A stretch of DNA of 64,000 nt from Trichoplax adhaerens (GCF_000150275.1 NW_002060946.1:2623454-2687453), one strand, 5' to 3'. Shown: positions 41,601 to 56,410, counted from the first letter of the stretch. The notes: generated by a model not told the origin, from the letters alone. Translations and numbers: made by a program.

Positions 41601-42157
41601 CATATAAACATTAACTATCAGTGCTTAGATAATATTATAAAACTCTACACTTATCCGTCAAAAATGTATGAAATCATAGATAGCAAGTATTCTCGACAAA
41701 TACGAAAGTATGTTATCCGATCGAAGTAAGGTAAGCACAAGTTAGCAAAGTCACTCCGCGATAAACATCATCTAAACGAAAGTTTTTAACCTAAATTTAC
41801 TCCTTAGCATAGAAATAGCAATAATGTAAAATGGCCATATTGCTTTAGACAGTACTTGTCACACCTTATAGGATAAATCATATATTACGTTTAACGGAGC
41901 GCTTAGTCTTGTAAATATTATAGATTAGGAATTCAATATTTTTCAACATGTTAGCAATTATAAAAACTCATGTAGTGCGTTGTTGATTGAATCAAATTTA
42001 ATAACATTATATAATATTAATTATCAGTACTTAGATAGCATTATAAAATTATGCTGTTGTCTGTCATCAAATATATAACGTCATATATAACGGTATCCTC
42101 AACAAATGCTAAAATGTGTTATCTGGCCAAAATATGATAAGCACTACTTAGTAAAAG
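41601..42157. repeat. Diverged direct duplication of about 150 bp (41601-41750 and 42008-42157)
   Basis: ATCAGT(G/A)CTTAGATA..ATTATAAAA ... GTAT(T/C)CTC(G/A)ACAAAT ... TGTTATC ... TAAGCAC..TTAG colinear in both copies, offset about 406 bp. Confidence 0.7.
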
Positions 42158-44269
42158 TTAGATAGCATACATTACTAAAGAAGCAACCTATTCTTTATCA
42201 TGTACCTGACAAGTTACTTATACTTAGCTTGTAGCGAGAAATTTTAAACGTATCATACTATAGGCCTTTTGAATCTGTCGCTGTAAAATTATATGGAAAT
42301 TCGAAAATCTATATTTAGTAAGGAGGTGTTATACTTTTAAACCATGTTTTCTTATGACTTCCATATTACGATGTTGAAACTGAAGCTTGTCTTTAGTATA
42401 TTGCTTATAGGATCATTTACAGAGCTGCTTTCTTCGTGACTGCAATTGAAGCTAATAGAATTATTAAGGTTAGAATTGCACTTAGAAGCTTATGCTACAT
42501 TGCCTGGATAATTAATCAAGGTTAGGCTCCTTTAAAAGTTCTCTTTAAACTGATATCAATGAGTGCTTTCATCATTTTAAAGATCATATTATAAAATTTC
42601 ATGAATGCCTTCAATATCGATATTAAGTTAATCTGATAAGCTCCAAACCTTAAGATGTACTATAAATAATGACTTCATGAATTCATTTATGACATGGTCG
42701 AACTACAGGAAATGAAATATAACACCTCTATTTGTGATGAATCCTTTCATTACGTGATGATACTATAAACAAATGCTCTGTTTGAGTTACGGATATCTTT
42801 CAATGCTCAAATGCAATCAACGCTGTACTGCCTTCAATTACTGGATATCACCATGAATAATAGCATACTTGAGTTATCTATAGTAATATACGAATAATAT
42901 CAGAAGAAAGAATGCAAAAAGTAAATACCTTTTTTGATTCGTAGATACCTTTCAGTCCATCAATGCTGTGGATATGGCACTCTGCAATCACCGGATATTA
43001 CATAGAATAATAACTAGATCAGCTTGCCTATAATAAGTGAATAGCTTTAGGGTGAATAAGGTTAAAACAAATGCCTGTAAGTACCCTATTTGATCTACGG
43101 AAATTAGCAATCCTTCAAATTCAATTAGAAGTTGTATTTTCCTCTACTGCCCGAAATTAGATAGAGATATGACTTGATGAGATTATCCATGACAATATCT
43201 TACCTTAATGTGATAGTCAAATACTTTAAATCTTTCAGGTTTAACTAATACACCTATCATAATATATTTTAGGTAATTTCATCTTAAGGAATAAATATTC
43301 GTTCTGGAACTTCGATGTATTTTGACTACTGTAACTCTAACGCGAAATACTGGATTAATACTGACACTATATAAGATCTAGCACATAACAATACCAATAT
43401 GAGTAAAATAAAAAGTGTAGAAATACAATATGATTTTTATTTTTATTGCTAGCTATAGTCCTTCAAAATTGTTCACAGTTACACATAAAGCAGATTTATT
43501 AGCTTTTGATTGGGTGTATAACTATTTAGTACTACTATCCAAACAATCAAAATTAGGAAATCTAAAATGACTAACAGGATGAAAATCTGAATCACATACT
43601 AACGGATATCAATGCTGTAAACAATACTATTTACTCTGAAATAAAATCAATTAAGAAATCTAGAATGCTTTAATTAATGGGTTAATAATCATGAACGGTA
43701 TATCGATGAAATGGTTTTATGACGACCGTATTATCAATGCTAATTTCCTCTCTATAATTCTTCGGAAAATATTGCATTGTGCATAAACTTAATTAAAAAG
43801 TAGTGGAAAGATGCCACAACTTTTAAACATAAAATGTAATTTAATTTATGACCATTTTTACATAAACATTATCAACCTACCGTAATTTGCTGTACTTTGA
43901 ATTTTCTTCAAATGGGTGTCACGAAATTGGTTAAATATCTAGAAATGCATACTAGTCCATAAGGACAACCATCTTAGATTCGAAGAGTATAATAAAATAG
44001 AAATAAACGCAATCAAGGAAAAAATACTTGCATGTCTGTATCAGTAGTAATCATAACTATTTCACATTGTAGTATCGAAACATTCAATTGTTATTTGGCT
44101 CTGTACTTTGCCGTTAATTTATGATAGGGGTGAAATTTTCCGTGCCGATCACTGAACTGTTCTCTCCTCACTCGGATTTACTATATGCATGCTCGTCATA
44201 TTCGTATATTATATTATTAGTTCATGCTAGTAACCAATAGAAAGAAATGAAAATTACTCTCGTTTATAT

Positions 44270-45140
44270 TCTCATAGTCGGTAATATCAATAGAATAATG
44301 TTTATTTCAATATAATTTCGAAGTTAGAATTTGTATAAATCCATGTTGTTAAGTATTGAAAGGAAAGGGAAAATGTTTCTCTTTTACATTTCGATTTAGG
44401 GTACCGTAATATTCTATTGGATAATATGTATTTCAAAGTATTCCAGAAGCTCATACATATGCTAATTCATACGGGAAGTATTTAAAGTGAGAATAGCCTG
44501 ATCTTTTTTATATTCTTAGTATTATTGATGACTGAATTATATTAATTTTACACTATATGTGAAGTAATAGTAGTACGGACATTAAAGGGAAAAGGGAATA
44601 AATTCTTTTTTCTGTTTACTTACATTGTTGATAATATTTCATTAAATAATACTTGTTTCATCTTGATCTAGAAGCCTATACGTATATAGCTTCATATTGG
44701 CAAGCATTGATGGGGTAAAGGGGATAGCTGTAATTTATTAAATTTCTTTGTAATATTAATGACCGAATTACAAGCTATTAGTTTCATAGTGATTCTAGAG
44801 TTGCGGTAATCTGAATATAATAAGGAAAAGGGAAGAAGTACTTCCTTTACGCTTACATTTAGGAGAATATTTTATTGAGTAATGCTTATTCACTTTGATC
44901 CAGAAGCTCATACGCAGTTTACACTAGTAATTATAGTATTGAAAGGGAAAGGGGATAGATGCGCTTCTTTTATATTTTTACTACATTAACGTAGACTGAA
45001 TCTATATATGTCATATATATGTTAGGGTTGACATTAACATACATATTTCATAGCGATTCTGAAGCTACGGTAATGCGGATATAGCTTATGCAAGTAGACA
45101 CCCAAGGGAGAGAGGGACTGATGCTGTTCTTTTGATTTCT
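44270..45140. repeat. Highly degenerate tandem repeat, about 230-bp period with about 115-bp subunits
   Basis: TC(C/T)AGAAGC..ATAC at about 44441, 44667, 44899; purine blocks AAGG(G)AAAGGG followed by T-rich tracts at about 44360, 44585, 44710, 44822, 44941, 45104. Confidence 0.6.
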
Positions 45141-48100
45141 TAACAAAATTAATCAATTTATGTTCGTTTTACCGCAATCCTGGAATTTCATTTTTGCACT
45201 AGCTAATTTTGATGTAGAGTTAAGGGTATAATGTGATATGCAGTGCAAAATAAGGGCAGCATGACAAGGTACGTTCAGTAGATATACAGTCCAATTTTCC
45301 AAATTTGCAGTACGTAAAAGTACTCTTCTAGTGAAATATGCTACACGTATTTACCATTAAAGTAAATTAATGATATCAGTAGTCTTCGACATATTTTTAG
45401 AATTCATATAGCTGATATGAAGGAGATTGAACCGCATGCTGGAGGTATTTACTTGTAATGTAAATAATAATAAGGAAAAGTCAATACTATTATATTTCAT
45501 TTTTAAGCATTAAAAATTAAACTAGCCCACAAATCAATAGCTTTAATAGATCAAATCATTTTATTCGTCCGCCTATCTTACTGTAGTTTGCTTAAGATAC
45601 ATTGCTATAGTTGTGAATAGTCAGTTGGTAGATATCAATCTGTAAAACTACTTTTAATCCGTACGGTATTTAATATTGCTATACTTCACATACTTTACAA
45701 TTTAGAAAGGTTTAGTATACATGCGTATCGCTGAAAATAGAATTAAAAATATTACATTTTCTGTACTGATTTAACACTGTCTTAATTTTAATACAAGATA
45801 CATTGTTTAGCTATCCTACCTACAATATACTGTAACCATACTTTTAAAGCCAGGACTTTTAATAACTGCAATTACTATTAATAAATAGAAAATTTTTACA
45901 AAAGAATTGTTGTCTTGCACATTTTCTAACTACGAAATTGTATGCTTATTTTCCGTAGATAAGTTACAAAAATGAATACTTATTCTTGCTTAATTGCATA
46001 TATAGTTATTTGCATATCAGAGACAACCAACAATGTGATTATTCGACTATCTCGATAAAAACTAACATCATAAATATGGTTACAAGTTGTGTTGTTAGTT
46101 GAGCATTTAATAAATGAGAAATATTTTCTCTAGATAGTTAGCGTTGAATTATTATCGTAGTTTATTGATGGCAATACTGTACGTATAATAAATGGTAGGA
46201 TATCCAAGCAGCCAACAAAACAAAACTTGACGACATAATAACAGTAGAAAAACGTTCTTTGTGATTCAAAGATCAAAATGAAAGTAATCTTATACTAGAA
46301 AACATTAATTATAAATGTCTGTACTACGCCTTAATAATATTTGTGCGCTGGTATAAGATTATTAAATAAATTCAAAGAACCCTTTATTAACTGCTTTGAA
46401 TAAAAGAACGATGACTTAAATTTATGGGCAAATATCAATCAGAGTAGCAAGGCTGCACTATCTCTTTCTTTTCAGTCTGATCGAAAAAGAAACTAAGGGT
46501 ATTTTATTACAATGTCGGTATTTATTAGTATAGTGCATGAGCCATCGTTGAAGATAAATACATATACGAGAGTATAAAGATACCAGATCAACAATAAATT
46601 ATTAATATTAAATTCAAAAATAAGAGATTAGAAGATCCTTCACTACAATCCATATTAAAATTTAACCTGTCACTGTACTATAAAATTTTAGTACCCTAAC
46701 TACCAGATTCTTCTCTCGCGTGAAAATATTTACGTGAATGAAGGATGTCTCTGATCTATTCTTTAGTTGCTTCATTTATGTATCATCGTTGAATGAAATT
46801 AGTTGAATAAGACCATAGCCGTATTGATATCCAAAACTATTTTTGAAGTTTAATCGTAATCATTACACGCTATCTATCTTATATTGCTGGATAAATCCCA
46901 AATACTTTTAAAAGTTTATTTGATATACTAGAAATAATGAGAGATATTTTTATCGAAAAACACATGATCTAATTAGTTGCCATGCTAAGGTTAATACTAT
47001 TGATATATTTCAACATAAATACGAAGAGTTTAAATTTAAGGAGGACGGACGAGTGATGTGTCGTAATAATTTGGTCTATACAGTACAAAATGTGGTTGGC
47101 CAAGAAATAAATATTCGGGTTATATTATCCACCTTATTACGTAGTATTGACATAGATGGGAATGATTTATTACAGCTCATAATGTAACCGTAAATTGATC
47201 AATCAAGTCTAATATTCTGAAAATCTAGTTTTCTTCTTTACCCTATTTTTTGAATATGAAGGGATATTTCTATCCAGCAAAATCGGATAGATTTATTTGC
47301 TATCAATGGAATTTAAAGTAATTAAATACTTACATAAGTTAAATGTAACATTCGAGTGATCGGCGCCTATATTAACGTTCGAATAGTAAGACAAAACGAT
47401 TTATCTCGACTAGATAGAAATGCTCTAATCTTTTAAATGATAACTTTAAAAATGATAGAGATAATAGTATGATTTGAATCGACTTGATAGATCGCACTAG
47501 AGTATTTCCTTATAGTATAGAAAATAGCAACATCTTTAATAAAAATTTAAGGCAATCTCTTTAATTAAAGATGATCATAATCGAATTTAACAATGGTAAA
47601 TATCTCATAAACTATATTCGTATTTCATTGATATTCTCACTTTTGTTATTGCATTTGTAGGTAAATAATAAATAAGATTGAAATAAACTCAATTCTATGC
47701 AAAGATTTGAATATTTAATATGATATTGTCTAGCATGAAAGAGAAATTTAAATGTGATATCGGGTATTGCCTTTGTACACTTATTCTTATATAAGATATA
47801 TAACCTATCATCATAATTGGCTCTATAACAAAGTAATTATCTTCTTTTAATTATTACTTTGGCTACTGTGAGAAATTAACTACACTAATGTGCGAATATG
47901 TGCAAGATTAAGTTACACAGTTGTTTCCCTCTTCTCAAAACGAGAATACACGTTGGCGATACTTTACTTCCTTCTTATTCCTCTTGCTAATTACTTCGCA
48001 TTGGATGGACTACAGCATTATAATTAGGATAGTATGAGGTGGTACTAAATGTAAAATTTTATGTTGCCGCTAATCTGAAATACAGATTGCCTAAGAGAAC

Positions 48101-49735
48101 TACTAGAGTCACTACATAGACTATTTTAGCCAGATGAAATTGAGTATAATTAATATCAATCGTATCGAGCTTGGATTGATCTCTTCTTGCTTATTGGCAC
48201 GGTTAATAAGAATACTCAGAAATCCAAATGATAAAATGAATCATTGGTTAATTTTATTAATTATTGTTTTTGTAGTATATATCGAGATCGATTTTAATTA
48301 CCGTAATTAATTAAGTTCGCCTCGTCATGACGTTCTCGTTTCGAATTTAACAAATCGATTTTAAATGTTGTAATAGAAGGATCCAAAGAGTGTCATAGGA
48401 AAGCATACGTAAGCAAAACTGAGAAAGAATCCAATATGTACTGACAGTGATAGCTAAGATTATAACTATTTACTTAATGCCACGATAGAGATCCCTTCAA
48501 GTTCGATCCTGCTTAGTTTTTATGCTAGAAGGGGAAAAATGAAGCGATATTGAAATAAGATTACGAACAAATTATAAATGATTAATTTTGTCGTATACAT
48601 GTATACTGAATCGTCATATTATAAAGAAGGTGGTATAACCTGAAATGTTTGATATTGAAAGCGATACATTTTTGAAATTTGCTATCGGTTCAAGAAAACG
48701 TAAAATAATTTATTTAAGAGTAGATATTTCATATTATAATATCGCTACAAAGCTATTTTATATAGCAGCATAACTTAATGCTCTAAATCATTCATATAGA
48801 AAGATTTAATAAATAAAAAAGGCATAAAATTTTATCAATGGATTGATTAGATCTAAATTAATGCTGTAAAGACCGATATGTTGCATCACTTCTTTAGAAT
48901 GGCGATTACAACAATATTTATGGATATACAGTATAATTGAAATGATTAAGGTAAGCATGACTCATGTATGCTGCTCTAGTGAGGATAGAAAGAGTATCCG
49001 ACAGACATCCTATCTGTAATTATAACGTTGGCTTCAGCAGTGTTTTCCCACATTTTAAGAATAAAGAAAATAGGATGCTATCTTTATTTGGAATGATTAT
49101 AGCCAGCAGTTCAGCACAATAGACTTTAGGGATCAGTTCTATAATTAATATCTATAGAAGCAGATGGAATAAACGTGATGAAATGAGCTAGAAATATCCA
49201 ATGAAAGCTGATTTCAATAAGAGAAGTAGTATCTGATTAATTAGTACATTTTCATTTAATTAAAATTATTGGGGACAAGGTGGATCCTTTTAAAAGTAAA
49301 TTCATTAGCCTGTTTTCCAAATATTTTTTTATTTATCTAAGTTGCCAATATTCGCAAATAGTGTCGGCATAGAATGGCATAGTAAAATTCTACTTTAGCA
49401 TTTTTGAATGCCGGATTTTATCCATAAATATTACAATAATTATAGCTATACATAACTTATTTCTTGCTTGCTATCGTCAACTTTATATGCTAGTGCCGGT
49501 GTAACCACAGCTTTATTTGTCGATATGAAGTACGATCAATTGAGAAATTTGATCCATAGTCGGCTGGGTACAATGTCCAACTTAATTGACAATACGATTA
49601 TTGTACATTGCGTAGAAACTATCAGAAAATCCACGGTGATTAATTGGCGATAAAATACACTAGTAATAAATTATAAAGATGGCTGAAGAAATTAAAGGAT
49701 TGTAGCCACCAAACGACTATTTACAATAATAACCA

Positions 49736-50386
49736 TTAGGGTAGTAATTCAGCACTGCTACTGCTTCGAATTGTAGGTAGGCTACGAATTCGCCAGGTAC
49801 GTGTAGGTTGTTTGTTTGTGGGGCTAGCACTGGTAGAACACGTTTCAACTAAGGATTCATCAATGGATGATGATGATGATGGTGCTACACGCGTTGGCCG
49901 TACTGATTGAAGGCTAAAAGCACGCTTACGATCTCTAGTTGAACAATATTTGGATTGATTGGTAGATGATTCGTCGGAGTATTTATTCCATAAATAAGTT
50001 TGAATAGTACATTTCATAATACTGGGTAGTTGTTTACAGTCTGTTTCAAGTAGGGCAGCATCACGAAATGTTAAGATAATTTGTGCTGTTTCATCGGGTG
50101 AAATTTTACGAGCTAAAATTTCTAATTCGTCACGTTCAACATCCGGTATCCTATCATTTTTGAACGAATTTGTTGTTAACCAACTATAATCGGCATTTAA
50201 TTCTTTCTGCCTTAATTCACGTTGACGTTGGCGAGTTGCTTCGCTTACCTCTTTGATACATTCGACTACCTCACTAAGTAAAATTTTAACGACGTTATCA
50301 GCTTGACGACGATGGGCTGATTGATGACATTGATGATTATGGTTGAATTTGAAAAAGGAATTTAAGCGTATCATGCTGGTAACCAT
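49736..50386 (-). CDS. RD3: RD3/RD3L family protein, single coding exon
   Basis: LLSEV..IKEV...RQRE...ADYSWL...IPDVERDELEILARKISPDETAQIILTFRDA matches the RD3 core (DYSWL, ERxQLExLCxxIxP..GxxIxRFR); RD3 versus RD3L cannot be distinguished. Confidence 0.85.
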   Translation of the reverse strand: MVTSMIRLNSFFKFNHNHQCHQSAHRRQADNVVKILLSEVVECIKEVSEATRQRQRELRQKELNADYSWLTTNSFKNDRIPDVERDELEILARKISPDETAQIILTFRDAALLETDCKQLPSIMKCTIQTYLWNKYSDESSTNQSKYCSTRDRKRAFSLQSVRPTRVAPSSSSSIDESLVETCSTSASPTNKQPTRTWRIRSLPTIRSSSSAELLP

Positions 50387-50422
50387 AATTAATGATTAGC
50401 AATCAATAAAGGAACGTTGTGA

Positions 50423-50443
50423 AGAGAGAGAGAGAGAGAGAGA
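50423..50443. repeat. (GA)n microsatellite about 40 bp upstream of the RD3-like ATG
   Basis: AGAGAGAGAGAGAGAGAGAGA. Confidence 0.9.
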
Positions 50444-53400
50444 ATAGGTAAAGAGGCCAAAAAAAGAGAGGAAGTTTTGCAGTAGAATCAACGTTCAAGC
50501 GATACTTTAAGCTGCATCAACGGAGCTACGATCCAATTGCAAGCAATTTTATACGCGCTCTATAAGTAAGCCAGTGATAACAATTAAAATCAATACTAAC
50601 TTGTAAACTTTAGATAAGGTAAAGCTAGTGTTAATAAACAAGAAAAAAAATAAAAGTTAGCTAAAACCTATGATAGTATTGAATGAATCGTATGATATCC
50701 TCATTTATGTCTGTATAGAATAACAACAATTAACTGCATTCTAGGCAAATATTCTCTACCTTTGAGTTTAAAAATACAATCTAGGAAAACAAACCATTAA
50801 ATAGGTACTTTTTGGGCAGGCAAGAAGATGAATTTGCTTCTATTTTAATCTATTTAGACACGTTGATGACGACAATACAACAGATTAAAGCTAAGCAATG
50901 TCTAAGATAGCATCAATACAAATGAAAATACGATCGATACAACATGGGAATATGAGACAAGGTTGGCTAGCGATGATTAATAAGGGACGATCAAAAGCGA
51001 ATTGAATCTTTTTTAATTAATAGACTCAGAGATCAAGAATGAGCTAAATAGACAATTGGAAAACAATACTCTACGTCAGCCCAATGAAGAATTGTTATCC
51101 ATTTTATCACGTGGAATGATCAAAAGATTGAATTATTGTGCTGGTTGGGGGACGTCCATGAAATTAATAATAATACAAACTTAGTCGTTATTAGTTGCTA
51201 GAAAACGTTTTCTATTGAATGTTTGATTGTTACTACCATAGTAGTTGGTTACCCAGCATCATCATCAATCTATCGCCAATACAAATTATTGACAGAAAAA
51301 TTGAATAGCTCTAGTTTGGCAGGTTTGATCAACTTGACTGACTTATTATTGAATGTCAAATGAGCTAGATTGTTCATGGAGGGAAAGTGTTATTCAATCA
51401 TTGATCATAACTTTGTTTACTGTTTTTCAATGTTATTTTATCACATTTTCCAATATTATGATTAGAGTATGGTTAGTGCAATAATGCTTGAGAAAGTAGC
51501 AATTCATTCAAGTAAAGGATAATGTAGGTATAGATTTTTTCCCCCTCACATCCTAAACATAGCTGCATTAATGCAGATAAAAGAGATTCTTTCTGTTGTA
51601 TATCCAGACGATTCGAGGAATTACGTAAACCTTTTGAATTAATTTATCTTGACGGATATTGTTACTTAAGACAGTCATCACTGTATTACGACAACTGGAA
51701 GAGCTCTTTTTGTCATGCTTTCCATGACCTCAATAAATAACATTTTCTATCAATACAGTATATATCTATTTTGGCTATTTGCAAGAACAAATAAAACTTC
51801 ACCGTAATAAAATAAAAAAAACAATATTGAGTTTTAGTCGTTATGGCTATAGCAAATATGCAATGATCATTATTGGCATGCTGATGATAGCGTAGTAGCC
51901 GGCCATTCCACTCACAGAGGTCAACTTCCCCCTTCTATATACAGTAATATATTTATAGTGTGCATCGTTATGACAATTAGCAATGGTAAATATAGCATGA
52001 ATGCCTGCTGCTTGTGGGCGCAATTAAGTTTCCCCTAGTTTACTATAATGCTATCTTTCGAGAAACTTATACGTATACAGATAGCTTTGGGAAATGAAGG
52101 AATTTGAAGAAAGACATTGAAAGAGAAAATACATTTTCTTGCTTAGACTATGCCATTGTATGTACTTTACTTCTATCAAATCACAAAACTTTCTCAGCTG
52201 GAATACCCATTTGATTAATTATCAGGAAGTATATTGTATGTATAGCCCTAATAGCTTTGCTATACTTTCTTGATAATAACAAAAGGGAATGAATCTGAAA
52301 GGGAAGAAATATTTTCCATCACCTTTTATATATTTCCGCTTGGGCCATGAATGCTTATCCTTTTCAATATAGCCAATAGGATACGTAATTTCCTATTAAT
52401 TAATAAATGGCTAAATCGTTTAGCAATAAAGTGGCCATTGATAAATGTATAATACTCGTCATATCTTGAGAAAATTTGATTTATAATGAATTCACAGTCT
52501 AGTCATGCTGTATACGACAGGGAATAATATTACCTTATGTCCACTGATCGAGTCTGATCTAGTTGTTGAATGCCAAACTGAAAGTAACTCTTCGAATCTC
52601 TTTAGGTTAGCGAACTGGCGTTTATTTATTCTCGATCAATAGTGCTATGTATGAGACGTAACCTGCTTAATGTCAAATATTAATTAATAGACTGAACAAT
52701 AATCTTTCTGTGTATAGCTCAAGCTAAATAATTATTGTAGAAAATAGTTATTAGAAATATCGCTTTACAGTAGTATGGGTACCCCTGGCGTGCGTACTTA
52801 ACGGCAAGATAATCCATACAAGAAAGGCGTAATTTGAAAATTTGAGTTTATTCTGTGATTTGTTACCAATAAGGGGTACGTTAGGCCAGAAAGTAGAGCG
52901 GCGAGTATGACTAAAATAAAGTATAGCCCTGTATATCTAGTGAAATTGTATCGTTATATAGAGAAATCTTGAAGTTTTCGGGAGGGATTTTACCATCGAT
53001 CGCAATATCAATATTTTTGTACAGTCCTTTAATTTAGCTTATTGTCCAATAAAATTAAGAGGATTTTTTTTAGAGGGGGGTTATCGTCACTCTTTTAATA
53101 AGTATTAGACAGATCAAGACTAGAAATGATATACGATATAGCAATTAATGCCGTGCATTGTGCTTGCGGAAATGAAGAAGATTTCAGAAATTATGCGATA
53201 AAACATTAAGTGGCCTCTTGATTCAAGTCTCACCCAAAGCTCATAAAGAAATGGTAAAATTTCGTCGCTTTCTTCCTGTACACTATATTGAATCCATGCC
53301 CATTTTCTGTTAGGGATAACTGTTGTCAAAATTATTAGATATCCAGATGTACACTCTCTATTGTACTCTACATCGTGTCGAGTCCAACTTGAGTCATGAG

Positions 53401-54685
53401 TCTAGTGCCGTGCATATAAAGTTTCATAAAAGTTGTTTTAATTTTCCCCACGCAATTGATATCTTTATCCTATCGACTCAATACTACAGTTGCATTATAA
53501 AACTAGCCGATCTTCTTGATTTTAGAATACCCTAGTATGCTGATAGGGCATATAAAAATACGTCTAATCTGTGGCAGTGTAGGAAGATTGTAAGCTACTT
53601 CTATTAGTGTGATTGATAGACTGGTTGCCAGTGGGGGTAATTCATTTTACATCGATGCGCTTTTTAAAGTCTGTTTCTATTATTTTATTCTAGCCACACT
53701 GCAATTACAGCACTCCAAACTAGCAGCTTCATAGACCTCCATAGCTCCTTACTGTTGCGGATAATATTGAACTCAAAGGTAACGCCATCTTAAGTTAACT
53801 AGCAGTGCCAAATAAAGATTATCGGGAAAGTAAATGATTTTCAAGGAGATTTTAAAGTATTTTACTTGCATTTCTTTCCCATTTTTCCCCTTAGAGTATT
53901 TGATATGATAGGTTTTGTAAGTACGGAAGTTCTCGATATATCCATTATACTGAGAGTAGTACCGGCGCCCTAACTAGCGAACTTCCACTCTAGCCATGTT
54001 TGCGCCATTGTGCTAGAAATTGTCATATGTAGTACTGACCATCGGAAAGTATCGAGCAAGCGGCTTTAGTAGGACCTCGTGGCTACTGTAATAAGCAGTA
54101 AATTCGCGCAACATCCGAGCATCCAGGTTTCCGAAAGTCTGTATATTCACTCTTTACTGTATGATGTGCTCTCTTAAACTGTATAATAATCTATCGTACA
54201 CTGGAACTTCAAATCGATTAGATATCATGCTGGAAATCAATAAATAACTGGGTGCCTAAGTTAAAACTACAGACATCGTCTTGGCCACATTGGACGCTTT
54301 CCAAGCTGAAATTAGTTAACTACAGGTCAGTGAGCTCAAGCTTTCTTGTACTTATTCATTAGATCTACAGCAATCAATATAGAGGCAGAGTAGCAGTGAA
54401 TATCGAAGAAAGTTTTCTCTTCCTTTCTATCAGATACACGTACTGTATAACCAAAGGATACGCTTTCTGCATCGATAAGTTCAATGACCATCTCGATTGA
54501 ATTAGGCTTGCGATGCTAGAGACCTCTATCTCCACTCAGACAGAGGATTTCTAGCAGAATACTCTACTGTTCTGTTATTACAGTGTCACCAATTTAAGAA
54601 TTGACTGTACACTTTATAACCTTACTTCTCATTCCTTGAATTTCGGTTGAATGCAAATTTCAATATAGGGTTTGTTTAGTTAGAG

Positions 54686-56410
54686 ATGAAACTTCGACAA
54701 GCATCTACTTTGGCTGTGCTAGCCGTTACTTTATTGCTTTGCTGTCATGCTGCTAAGAAGAAAGTCAAAGATTTGCAAATCAATGTACTGGTAAGCTTAG
54801 TTTCCCTATGATGGACTTATACCAAACATTTAATGTTTTATTATACTACTCTATGACATTGGATAAATTAAAGTTCCTGCATTGACGTAAGCTCTCTTCG
54901 GTAAAATCATAGTAATGCATATCGAGGTACTGGGTAGTATGAATTTGATTACAGTATCTCATTCTGGTGATGATTAATTGAACAGCAAGTGTTCAATGTG
55001 AGAAGTCAATGACAGTAGTATAAAATTAACAAATGCTAGACTGTTTTATCGTATGTAGGAGAAAATATACTTCTATTACAGAGATTGTAGTTTCCTTTAT
55101 TCCATAATTTAACCGACAATATACTGTACGTATTATACGCGGATGAGAACTTCAAGTTCTTATTGAACGTAAATATCTAGAAAGACCCTCTATTGAAAAT
55201 ATAAAAACTGACTATCATTTGCATAATATACATCCATACTGTATGGATTCAAAATCCGATTTACAACATTTGATAGTAATCTCTTGTAAGGACGAGACGT
55301 ACCTTTGAATAGTAATAAATTTGATTTTACAGTATATATACGTACTTGCTCTGTGAGGGGATTAAATGGATCATAGTACATAATAATACAAGCGTAAGCG
55401 AACAGATATTCTGGTATCATTATAAAGTATTGCATTGCCTTTCATAATAGCAAAAGCCATCTACTTGTGATCAAAAAACGGCTGTTGGGGACAAAGTACG
55501 CATTCACTACGTAGGCAAACTGGAAGATGGCAAAGTATTCGATTCCAGCTTACAAGATGGTCGTGAACCATTTGAATTTACACTCGGAAAAGGAATGGTA
55601 ATAAAAGGTAAAGGAATCCCATTATTGTCGATCAACATATAGTAACGCTTTACTTTAACTTTTCTTGTGCTGTGAAAGTTACTGTCAAGTTCAGTCTATC
55701 GAAGTCTCCCATTAGATTCAATAACATTGCTTTATTTGAATATAACCTGTACTATAGGATGGGAGAAAGGCCTCTTAGACATGTGTGTCGAGTAAGTATT
55801 GCAGAAATTGAGGTATCTGGATTAACACTTAAATGAAATCAGATACAGCTCATAGATATTATTATCTGTTATTAAACGTTATCTAAATTCTCTATAACAT
55901 TGTAGTGAGAAACGTCAGTTAACAATTCCGCCTCATCTTGCATACGGAGAACGCGGATATCCACCGGTTATTCCAGGTAAACTTATAACAGTAGAAAAAT
56001 AGTTTCTTTTTCGAATATTGTGACAGTTGAAATAGAAATTCTAGAGAAAAGTTTACACCAGACTAATCAATTATTGTTATACATAATTTATTATCGCGAA
56101 AGGGAACGCTGTTTTAATATTCGAAACTCAGTTAATCGGTATCGTCAGTCAAGTTACTCCGTCGAAAACCTGGTATTGGATTGCAGTAGTAGTCTTTGTA
56201 ATACTTGGCTTTATATTTAGGGCTCGTAATAAGCCGGTAAGGAAGTTTATTGAGCGCAAAATTTACTTTGTTGAGGTAACTAGTGTGCCGTAAACTGGAT
56301 ATGCCGTAATTGCATTAAATAATAAAATTCACTAGGCGAATGAAGAACGAGAGATATCAAAAGCGAACAATAAGAAAGGGCGTAGAGTTAATCCTAAAAA
56401 GAAGCGCTAA
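54686..56410 (+). CDS. FKBP11: FK506-binding peptidyl-prolyl isomerase, FKBP11-like (signal peptide, FKBP domain, TM helix, basic tail), 6 exons
   Basis: [22 protein letters not shown]...[21 protein letters not shown]...[48 protein letters not shown]...[16 protein letters not shown]...NPKKKR*; TM plus Lys-rich tail favours FKBP11 over FKBP2. Confidence 0.85.
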
